DNA from: an uncultured bacterium
GTDB taxonomy: Bacteria; Lernaellota; Lernaellaia; Lernaellales; Lernaellaceae
Assembly (NCBI GenBank): GCA_964534375.1
Contig: CAZHPN010000001.1
Coordinates: 20,516 to 84,515 of the forward strand
Direction: 5' to 3'
DNA length: 64,000 bases
In this document: piece by piece, positions 46,435 through 54,333 of the stretch
Numbering within the stretch: position 1 is the stretch's first letter
Layout: every line of letters starts with the position of its first letter
Position numbers and translations under genes: made by a program
Notes under the pieces: model-generated
Seen by the model: the letters and a program-made list of their open reading frames with translations, nothing else
What the model was told of the DNA's origin: nothing
Databases searched by the model: none

Positions 46435-47262
46435 TCACTCCCGCACGCAGCGAAACCCGCTGTCATCGCCCCGGAACGTTGGAATGCCCCAGGCCCGATC
46501 CGACGCGCGGATGTCTTTGGCGATGTCGCTCCACGACCCGCCGCGCAACACGTGGGCCCTGCCCGACGCCGGCCCCTTCGGGTTGAGCGCCGGTGACGAC
46601 CCGTCATAGTGGTCGCCGTACCAATCGGCGCACCATTCCCACACGTTGCCCAGCATGTCGTACAGCCCGTAGCCGTTCGGCTTCTTCTGGCCGACCGGGT
46701 GCGTCTTGCCTTCCGAATTGTCCTCGTACCAGGCGACCGCATCCAAATCGCCATACCGCGCGCCGGTCGTGCCCCCGCGCGCGGCCAGTTCCCACTCCGC
46801 TTCGGTCGGCAGTCGTTTGCCCAGTTTGGCGCAGTGGCGCTGTGCGTCATCCCACGAAACCATTTCCACCGGGCATTCGGGGCAGCCCGAAAAGTGGCTC
46901 GGATTCGCGCCAATCGCTTTTTGATGCTGCGCCTGCGTCACCAGCTTGGCGTCCATCCAGAAAGCGTTGACCGTAACCCGAACCGCCGGCATTTCTTCAG
47001 GGCCGCATTCCGAGTCGCCGGGCGAACAGCCCATCATGAACGTCCCGCCGGGAACGCGAACCATGCCGGCCGTCGCGCCCGAATCCGTCGCCGGCGACCC
47101 AGCGGGCGACGTCGCTGGCGGGGCGGTGCGGCTGCAAGCGAGCAAGAAGGCAAAAGGAAAAAGGAAAAAGCAAAGAAGAAGACCCCGCAATCGCTCGCAG
47201 CTTTTCCTTTTTCCTTTTGCCTTTTTTCTCGCATCGCCCTCCGTCCCGACCGGTGCAGTCAT
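46435..47262 (-). CDS. FGE-sulfatase (SUMF1) domain lipoprotein
   Basis: LLAC lipobox; RLPTEAEWE, PNGYGLYDMLGNVWEW, VLRGGSW, GFRCV. Confidence 0.92.
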   Translation of the reverse strand: MTAPVGTEGDARKKAKGKRKSCERLRGLLLCFFLFPFAFLLACSRTAPPATSPAGSPATDSGATAGMVRVPGGTFMMGCSPGDSECGPEEMPAVRVTVNAFWMDAKLVTQAQHQKAIGANPSHFSGCPECPVEMVSWDDAQRHCAKLGKRLPTEAEWELAARGGTTGARYGDLDAVAWYEDNSEGKTHPVGQKKPNGYGLYDMLGNVWEWCADWYGDHYDGSSPALNPKGPASGRAHVLRGGSWSDIAKDIRASDRAWGIPTFRGDDSGFRCVRE

Positions 47263-47300
47263 CGAGCGCCTCTCTTTTTTCGATTCATCGGCAATCGCCG

Positions 47301-47903
47301 TCAACGAACGCAACGCGCGCCGGCCGGAATATTAATGTAACGCCTGCCGACCTGGCCATCGCCGAAACCGACGCTCCACGCGCCGTCGGCATCCGAGACC
47401 GGCGACGACGACCAGCACCAACTCGCGTCGCCGGACAGTTCGGAAGGCCAGTATGCGCCGCCCGGACCAGGGCCGCCCTGGCCTGCGCATTCTTTGCAGG
47501 CGTCTTTCCAGCAACGGCTGGTCGTGCACGAGTCCGTCACTCCGCAGGAACCGTGATTTTGGGTGGCCGGGCAACCGCGGACGAGGCTGCGAAGTTCGGA
47601 GATCGTCGGCAAACGCCAGTCGTTGAAACCGCCTAATCGCAGACTGGCGCAATGCGTTTGCGCCTCCGCCCATTTCAGGGGGCCGCCGGTTGGCGCGGCT
47701 TGCCACGTCAGGCCCGACGTTGGGTCCTTCCATGTGTCGCCGGGCGCCGGCGCCGCGGCGACGGACGGCGGGGCGGCGGCCGGCGGTGCAGCCGCGGCCG
47801 GCGACGTTTCCGGCGGCGCGTTGCGGCTGCAAGCGAGGAGGAAGGAAAAAGGCAAAAGGAAAAAGAAAAAAAGAAGGCCCTGCAGTCGCCCGCGTCGTTT
47901 CAT
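47301..47903 (-). CDS. DUF1566 (Lcl C-terminal-like) domain lipoprotein
   Basis: LLAC lipobox; DPTSGLTWQ, GGFNDWRLPTISELRSL, WSSS, terminal RCVR. Confidence 0.88.
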   Translation of the reverse strand: MKRRGRLQGLLFFFFLLPFSFLLACSRNAPPETSPAAAAPPAAAPPSVAAAPAPGDTWKDPTSGLTWQAAPTGGPLKWAEAQTHCASLRLGGFNDWRLPTISELRSLVRGCPATQNHGSCGVTDSCTTSRCWKDACKECAGQGGPGPGGAYWPSELSGDASWCWSSSPVSDADGAWSVGFGDGQVGRRYINIPAGARCVR

Positions 47904-47919
47904 CGTTCGGCGTCCTTTT

Positions 47920-48225
47920 TCACTGCTTGTTCATCTTCGCCCTGACAACCTTGACCTTATGCTCCATGCTCGTCGGCCGGTCGCGGCGGTCGTCGATCGT
48001 CAGCGTCGTCGAGACGCGGCCGGCGCCGGCGGCAAAAGCGGCTTCGTGGGCGGCGCGGACCGCCTTGATGATCGCCGGCAGCGGGCCTTCGAGAATCGTC
48101 GACATCGGCGTCAATTGATATTTGACGCCCGATTTTTCGATCGCCCGCACCACCTGCGCCACCGTATCCGACAAACTGCTTGTCGCCCCGCCCAGCGGCA
48201 CGACCGTTAATTGCGCGATTGGCAT
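47920..48225 (-). CDS. MTH1187-family thiamine-binding protein
   Basis: TVVPLG, YQLTPMSTILEG, RVSTTLTIDDRRD; RBS GGAGG. Confidence 0.92.
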   Translation of the reverse strand: MPIAQLTVVPLGGATSSLSDTVAQVVRAIEKSGVKYQLTPMSTILEGPLPAIIKAVRAAHEAAFAAGAGRVSTTLTIDDRRDRPTSMEHKVKVVRAKMNKQ

Positions 48226-48320
48226 GCGAAACCTCCGTCTTGGTTCCCCAGATTCTAGGAACGCTGGCGGCGGCGGGCAAGCCGCCCGCCGCGGGCGAGG
48301 ATGGCCAATGCGGGGTTAAT

Positions 48321-48526
48321 TTTGACAGGATCAACACGATCAACAGGATTAGCGAACAGTCAACAGCGAACAATGACCTGTCGCTCGCCCGTTTTCGCGC
48401 GACGCGAAGCCATCGAAAGCTGATGCTGTGGATCCTGTTGATTCTCTAAAAAAAATCGGACGTTGTCAGGAAAAGAACCCGCCCCGCCCTGTCATTGCAG
48501 CGATTCGTTGTTATTATCCTGTCAAA
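48321..48526. repeat. Nonamer-repeat element with terminal inverted repeats
   Basis: TTTGACAGGAT-CAACACGAT-CAACAGGAT at the left; GATCCTGTTG internally; ATCCTGTCAAA at 48516-48526. Confidence 0.7.
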
Positions 48527-48594
48527 GGAATCGTTGCCGCGCTATCGCGCCATCGCGCCGTCGTCGTCGGCGCGGCGGATGCAGGGGGAGGATC

Positions 48595-49554
48595 ATGAAA
48601 GCAATCGTTTTGACCAAATTCGGCGGGACGGAAGGTTTCGAGATTCAGGATCTGCCGCGGCCGACGCCGGGCCCCGGCGAACTGCTGGTGCGCGTCGTCG
48701 CCGCCGCGGTCAATCCGCTCGACGCCAAGCTGCGCAGCCGCCGCGCGCGGATGGCCATCGCGCTGCCGGCGATTCTCGGCTACGACGCGGCGGGGGTGGT
48801 CGAGGCGGTCGGGCCGGGAGCCGATTTTCGCGCCGGCGACAAGGTCTTTTATTCGCCGGGGGTCGACCATCCGGGGACCTACGCCGAATATCATATCGCC
48901 AAAGCGGCGCAGGTCGCGCTCAAGCCGGCGCCTCTCACTTTTCTGGAAGCCGCGAGCTTGCCGCTGGCCGGCTCGACCGCGTGGCAAGCCCTGTTCACGG
49001 ACGCCGGCCTGAAAGCGGGCGAAACCGCGCTGATTCACGCCGCGGCGGGCGGCGTCGGCTCGCTGGCGGTGCAACTGGCGAAGGCGGCCGGCGCGCGCAT
49101 TATCGCCGTGGCCAGCGCCGCCAACGCGGAGTTCGTCCGCGCGCTCGGCGCCGACGCGGTGATCGATCGCCACACCGACGATTTCGCGGACGCCGTGCTG
49201 CGCGAAACTGGCGGGCTCGGCGCGGACGTAATCTTCGACACGGTCGGCGGCGAAACCGTCGCGCGGAGCATTGCGGCGGCGCGGCCGCATGGGCGGGTGA
49301 CGAGCATCGCCAGCGTCGAGGGCAATCTCAACCCGGCCTATTTGAAAAACCTCACCTTGCATTTTCTGCTGATGGAGCGCTCGCGCGCCACATTGGAGTT
49401 GCTGCGCGGCGCAGTCGATCGCGGCGAACTGCGGCCGATCATCGATTCGGTTTTTCCGCTCGTCGAGGTCGGCGCCGCCCACGAACGCCTGGAACGCGGC
49501 GGCCTGCGCGGCAAAATCGTGCTGCAGGTCGCGCCCGAAGCAACGGAAAAGTGA
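48595..49554 (+). CDS. MDR-family NADPH:quinone oxidoreductase-like protein
   Basis: AVNPLD, LGYDAAGVVEAVG, LIHAAAGGVGS, GKIVL; RBS GGAGG. Confidence 0.92.
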   Translation: MKAIVLTKFGGTEGFEIQDLPRPTPGPGELLVRVVAAAVNPLDAKLRSRRARMAIALPAILGYDAAGVVEAVGPGADFRAGDKVFYSPGVDHPGTYAEYHIAKAAQVALKPAPLTFLEAASLPLAGSTAWQALFTDAGLKAGETALIHAAAGGVGSLAVQLAKAAGARIIAVASAANAEFVRALGADAVIDRHTDDFADAVLRETGGLGADVIFDTVGGETVARSIAAARPHGRVTSIASVEGNLNPAYLKNLTLHFLLMERSRATLELLRGAVDRGELRPIIDSVFPLVEVGAAHERLERGGLRGKIVLQVAPEATEK

Positions 49555-49617
49555 CGCCGCCGGGCCTTGGCGATTTTCGAATGGGCGGAGGCGCGAAACG
49601 GACGGAGCGACGCCGCG

Positions 49618-49992
49618 CTACTCGCGATCCGTCATTTCCCGGAGCTGAAGCTGATTGCCGTCGGGGTCGATGAAGGTGGCGAAACGCCAACCGTTGAGGT
49701 TCATCGGGCCGGTGAGAAACGGCACGCCGAGTTTTTCCAGATCGGCCATCGCGACGGACAAATCCTGCACGTCGAACACCAGCGTCGCGCCGCCGGCGGG
49801 AATGATTTCTTCTTTGTCGGAAGCGCGCAGACCGACCCGTGCGCCGCTCTGCGGGTGGCGGAATTCGGCCCAACCGACCTGATCGTTGAGGTGCGCCAAC
49901 GAGAGACCCAGCACCTCGCCGTAAAAATCGCACGCCCGCGGCAAATCGCTTACGCCGAACCAAACCAACAATCCGGTTTCCGACGCTTTCAT
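49618..49992 (-). CDS. VOC/glyoxalase-family protein
   Basis: VSDL..ACDFYGEVLGL, FATFIDPDGNQLQL. Confidence 0.9.
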   Translation of the reverse strand: MKASETGLLVWFGVSDLPRACDFYGEVLGLSLAHLNDQVGWAEFRHPQSGARVGLRASDKEEIIPAGGATLVFDVQDLSVAMADLEKLGVPFLTGPMNLNGWRFATFIDPDGNQLQLREMTDRE

Positions 49993-50250
49993 GGGGCCGT
50001 TCCTTCCGCCACGTTCTCCGCACGCCGAGGCGCGGGGTTTGGGCTGTTCCGGCTCAACGACGATTTGCTCTTTTCGTATCGCAAAGCGGCGACCAATGCA
50101 AGCGGGATTTTGCCGCCGCGGCGCGAATTTTTCCAGATATGGGGTCGTCGGCGCCGCCCGGGTCCAAATGTTGGGGCGGCGGGCGCGTCCTCCGCATGGT
50201 CTTTTAAATGCAAATAACTTTGGCGCCGGCCGTGTTTTTGGCCGCGATGG

Positions 50251-50280
50251 TTGACAACGGCCCGCGGCGGGTGTTAAAGG
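50251..50280 (+). promoter_or_regulatory. Candidate promoter of the polysaccharide export operon
   Basis: TTGACA followed after 17-18 nt by (T)TAAAGG, preceded by TG; the -10 match is weak. Confidence 0.35.
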
Positions 50281-50315
50281 TTTTCTGGGAACATCTTCAC
50301 TGCCGGGAGTGTATT

Positions 50316-52277
50316 TTGTACACGGAATTTTACGGACTCAGGAAACTGCCGTTTTCCATTACCCCCGACCCGACGTTCGTCTACATGTCGCAGTCGCACC
50401 ACGAGGCGCTGGCCCAGATGCTCTACGGCATCCAGGAACGCAAGAGCCTCATGGTCGTCACCGGCGAGGTTGGCGTCGGCAAGACGACGATGATTTACAC
50501 GTTGCTTTCGCACATCGAGGACAATTCGAAAGTCGCGATCCTCTTCGACACGCACGTCGATTCGACCAGCCTTTACCGGTACATCTTCGCCGACTACGGC
50601 ATCGAGGAAAAAGGCGGCGAACGCGCCGAGAACGTGCTGATTCTGCGCCATTATCTGGAAAAACGCGCCGAAAAAGGCGAGAAGTCGATCCTCATCGTGG
50701 ACGAGGGCCACAACATGTCGGAGGAGATCCTCAACGAGGTCGTCTTCCTGACGAACCTCGAAACACGCACCTCGAAGCTGATGCAGATCATTCTCGTCGG
50801 CCAGCCGGAATTGAAATTCGTCCTCAACAGCCACAAGTTCCGGCAACTCAAGCAGCGCATCAACCTGCGCGCCGAAATCAAACCGCTGACGTACAAAGAC
50901 ACCAAGGCGTACATCCATCACCGGTTGACGCAGGCCGGCTCGACCAACCCCGAGATCTTCACCGAGCCGGCGTTGGATTTGATTTATCGCTTCAGCAAAG
51001 GCCTGCCGCGTCTGATCAATACGATCTGCGACAACACCATGCTGATCGGCATGGCGCGAAAAAAGCCGATCATCGGCGACGACTTCGTGCGCGAGACGTA
51101 CACCGATCTGATGCAGCTCAGCGAAGAAGAAGAAACGCGCCTGCCCCCCGAGGCGGGCGAGGAAGAGCCGCCGCCCGCCGCGCCGCCGCCGACCCCTGCC
51201 GCCTATGCCGGCCCGCCGGGCAACGGCGAGGAAATCCTCGAACAGAACGACGTCGGCGCGCGGCCTCCGCTGACCGCCGTCGAGGCGGCCGCCGCGGCCG
51301 AACCGGAAAACGAGCGCGAGGAGGTGCAGATCGTCCGCCGCATCGTGCAGTTGCCGGACGGCCGGCAGGTCGAGCAAAAGGTGCGCAAAGTGCGCAAGGT
51401 GCACACGCGCCAGCGACTCGGCAAACGGCCCACGCTGCCGACCGTGATCGACCTTCCCGACCACGTCGGCATCGTCCGCCTCGGCCACAAATCCGACTCC
51501 GAAATGCTGCCGGCGATCGTCGCCGAAGATCCCGGCGCGTTGCGGCAATATCACATGCTCTGGAACAAAATGATTTCCTCCCCGGACGCGGCCAAACGGC
51601 GCGTGATCCTGGTGACCAGCAGCCTGCCGCAGGAAGGCAAAACGGTCACCAGCATCAATCTGGCGGCGACGATCGCGCAGGAGCCGGGCGTGCGCGTGCT
51701 GCTGATCGACGCCGACCTGCGCGCGCCCCGGGTCCACCAGGTGCTCGGCGTCGACGAAGCCAAATGCGGGCTGTCGCAGGTCCTGCAAGGCGAGTGCGAA
51801 TTCCCCGCCGCGTTCTACAACTTCGAACTGCCGCGGTTGTATGTGATGCCGGCCGGCCAGATTCCGCAGGACCCGCTGGCGTTTCTGGTCAGCGCCAAAA
51901 TGTCGGCGCTGCTGGAGCAGGCGCGCGGCATGTTCCATTATGTCATTATCGACTCGCCGCCGATTATCCCCATTCCCGACACCGTGCAGCTCGCGGGGAT
52001 GGTCGACGGCGTCGTGCTCGTGGTGAAGGCCCGCGGCACGCCGCGCGAAGTGGTGGCGCGCTCGCTCGACGACTTGTATCAGAAGCCTGTCCTCGGCCTG
52101 GTGCTCAACGACATCGACGGCAAGCTGGCGCTGGCCAAGGGCGCCGGCTACGGGTATGGGTATGGCTACGGATACGGCAAATACGGTTCCGGACGCTACG
52201 GCAAGCCGTCGCGGCCGGCGCGGATTGTCGAAGCGGCCCCGGAAGCGAAAGAAGCCAAGGAGGCGACCACATTATGA
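50316..52277 (+). CDS. Fusion of ExeA-type AAA ATPase and CpsD/CapB (BY) tyrosine kinase
   Basis: YTEFYGL..PFSITPDP, GEVGVGKT, LIVDEGH, LVGQPEL, GLPRLIN; then TSSLPQEGKT, LIDADLR, IIDSPP and the YGYGYGYG cluster; TTG start after GGGAG. Confidence 0.92.
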   Translation: MYTEFYGLRKLPFSITPDPTFVYMSQSHHEALAQMLYGIQERKSLMVVTGEVGVGKTTMIYTLLSHIEDNSKVAILFDTHVDSTSLYRYIFADYGIEEKGGERAENVLILRHYLEKRAEKGEKSILIVDEGHNMSEEILNEVVFLTNLETRTSKLMQIILVGQPELKFVLNSHKFRQLKQRINLRAEIKPLTYKDTKAYIHHRLTQAGSTNPEIFTEPALDLIYRFSKGLPRLINTICDNTMLIGMARKKPIIGDDFVRETYTDLMQLSEEEETRLPPEAGEEEPPPAAPPPTPAAYAGPPGNGEEILEQNDVGARPPLTAVEAAAAAEPENEREEVQIVRRIVQLPDGRQVEQKVRKVRKVHTRQRLGKRPTLPTVIDLPDHVGIVRLGHKSDSEMLPAIVAEDPGALRQYHMLWNKMISSPDAAKRRVILVTSSLPQEGKTVTSINLAATIAQEPGVRVLLIDADLRAPRVHQVLGVDEAKCGLSQVLQGECEFPAAFYNFELPRLYVMPAGQIPQDPLAFLVSAKMSALLEQARGMFHYVIIDSPPIIPIPDTVQLAGMVDGVVLVVKARGTPREVVARSLDDLYQKPVLGLVLNDIDGKLALAKGAGYGYGYGYGYGKYGSGRYGKPSRPARIVEAAPEAKEAKEATTL

Positions 52278-53053
52278 AAACGAAGCTGCGGATTTTCGCC
52301 GTCGCGGCCCTCGCGGCCGGCGCGTTGGCGTTGGCGCTTGCGTACGCCGCCGACCAGGCCGGCATCATGGTCAGCGGCGCCGACGTTCTGGTCGTGCGCT
52401 TTCATGGCGCCGACGGCAAGGTCGCGCGCACACTGCGCGTGCAGCCGAACGGCGCGACCGCGTGGGAAGGCGACGCGAACGCCAAGGCCGACACGTTGAG
52501 CCTCTGGCTCGACCACGGGGGCGTCGTGTCGCCGCTCGGCGGCGGCGCGGCCGTCGAATCCGCGCTCTCCGACCCGAACGAGTTCGTCATCGGCCCGGGC
52601 GACGTGCTCGACATCAATGCCTGGAAGAAACCCGACCTGTCGCGGCAGGTTCCCGTGCGCCCCGACGGGCGGATCTCGCTGCCGCTGCTGGGCGATGTGA
52701 ACGCCGCGGGCCGCACCGCCAATCAGTTGCGCGACGAACTGAACGCCGGCTTCGGCCGGTTTGTGAATTCGCCGGAAGTGACGGTCACCGTGGCGCAGGT
52801 GCACTCGTATCAGGTGTTTGTGCAAGGCCAGGTCGGGCACCCCGGCGCGTACCCGATGACCGGCCGCACGACGCTGGTGCAGGCCATCGGCCTCGCCGGC
52901 GGCTTCACCCAATTCGCGGCCACCCGCAGCATTGCGATCATGCGGCAAACGACCGCCGGCTCGCAACGCCTGGAAGTCAACTACGATCGCATCGTCGCCG
53001 GCAAAACCCCGGATGTGCCCTTGCGTCCGGGCGACACCATTGTCGTGCCGTGA
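52274..53053 (+). CDS. Polysaccharide biosynthesis/export (OPX, Wza-like) protein
   Basis: ATGA overlap; IGPGDVL, VRPDGRISLPLLG, one SLBB domain (GQVGHPG...AGG); ends LRPGDTIVVP. Confidence 0.92.
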   Translation: MKTKLRIFAVAALAAGALALALAYAADQAGIMVSGADVLVVRFHGADGKVARTLRVQPNGATAWEGDANAKADTLSLWLDHGGVVSPLGGGAAVESALSDPNEFVIGPGDVLDINAWKKPDLSRQVPVRPDGRISLPLLGDVNAAGRTANQLRDELNAGFGRFVNSPEVTVTVAQVHSYQVFVQGQVGHPGAYPMTGRTTLVQAIGLAGGFTQFAATRSIAIMRQTTAGSQRLEVNYDRIVAGKTPDVPLRPGDTIVVP

Positions 53054-54306
53054 CGCGGCGACGGTGGCTGGCGATCCTGGCGCTGGCGACGGCGCTGGCG
53101 GTTCCGGCCGCCGGAGCGGCGGACGGCAAATCGACGCTGCTGCCGAGCTTCGATCTGTATGACGCGTGGACGGACAATTTCCTGCTGGCCCCCGATCATT
53201 CGCATCTCCCGCGCGTGACGGCTTGGTCAACTTCTTTCCAACCGGGCCTGCGTTACCGTTACGACTCCTTCCGCACGGAATCGTGGATATCGGTGGCGGC
53301 CGACTTCCTGCACGTCTGGAACCTGCGCGGCTACGACGGCTGGCCGGAGAGCGTCTTAGGCGACATCGAGTGGGCGTATTGGGCCTCGCCGTCGACGCGC
53401 GTGACGTTCGGCGAACAGTTGACGTATTACACCGATCCGCGCAACCAGCCGTTCTCGTCGGGGCGCGTGATCGAAACCCTGCGCACCGAATCGATCAACA
53501 ACCGCCTGTTCGGGCAGATCGCGTATATGCCCGACCCGCTCGGTCGCCTGGACGCCGCCTACGCGTACGTCACCACGGAGTTCCGCGACCCCACGCTGTG
53601 GGACACCGTCGACCACCAGGTCACCACGCTCTGGACCCAGCAGATCGCGCCGTCGCAGAAGTTGATGATCTTCTACAATTTCAACCGCGTGCTCTTTTCG
53701 CACAATTATGATTTCATTCGCCATTTCATCGATCCGCACTATAAAATGGTTCCGGGTTTTCCCGTCGCCTTGCACAACGCCTACGATTTCGACACGCACA
53801 CGCCCGGCCTTGGCTTCCAGTACCTGGCGACGCCGACGTGGACGGTCGAAATGCGCTCCGGCGTCATCGTCCCGTGTGTGGAGAAAGGCCGCCTGTACGA
53901 AGATCCCCATCTCGAATGGTATGAACGGATCGACGTCACCAAGTTGTTTTGGAAAATGCAGCTCGCGTTGTCCTACAACCGGGACTACGCCCCGGCCTAC
54001 GGTCTGGCCGGCGCGTTCGTGACGCAGACCGTCGGCGGCCATCTCGACGAGCGCTGGTCGCTGAAAGTCGAGACCGTGCAGGATCTCTACTACACCAATT
54101 ATTCGCAGCCGGGCACCAATTTGGACACCCTCACGGCGACGGTCGGGGCCACGTATTATTTCTACACCTGGATCGGCCTCGGCGGCAGCTACAATTTCAC
54201 GGAGCAACTCGGCGGACCCGATGGCTCCCGCCAGCGCACGACCGCGGATCTCGCCCAAGTGCGGCTCTCGCTCGGAGTGCCGCGGCCCGACTGGATCCGG
54301 TTCTAG
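53050..54306 (+). CDS. Outer-membrane beta-barrel protein of the polysaccharide export locus
   Basis: GTGA overlap; signal peptide; WTDN motif near the N-terminus; aromatic-rich amphipathic strands; C-terminal Phe. Confidence 0.75.
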   Translation: MTRRRWLAILALATALAVPAAGAADGKSTLLPSFDLYDAWTDNFLLAPDHSHLPRVTAWSTSFQPGLRYRYDSFRTESWISVAADFLHVWNLRGYDGWPESVLGDIEWAYWASPSTRVTFGEQLTYYTDPRNQPFSSGRVIETLRTESINNRLFGQIAYMPDPLGRLDAAYAYVTTEFRDPTLWDTVDHQVTTLWTQQIAPSQKLMIFYNFNRVLFSHNYDFIRHFIDPHYKMVPGFPVALHNAYDFDTHTPGLGFQYLATPTWTVEMRSGVIVPCVEKGRLYEDPHLEWYERIDVTKLFWKMQLALSYNRDYAPAYGLAGAFVTQTVGGHLDERWSLKVETVQDLYYTNYSQPGTNLDTLTATVGATYYFYTWIGLGGSYNFTEQLGGPDGSRQRTTADLAQVRLSLGVPRPDWIRF

Positions 54307-54333
54307 TCAAAAACGCCGGCATGTGAACGGATC

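Noticed and set aside
45510..48594. Complete diversity-generating retroelement
   Set aside because: No reverse transcriptase, Avd-like gene or template repeat is visible in the window.
52141..52200. Tandem DNA repeat GGNTAY
   Set aside because: It encodes the expected Gly-Tyr autophosphorylation cluster of the BY-kinase.
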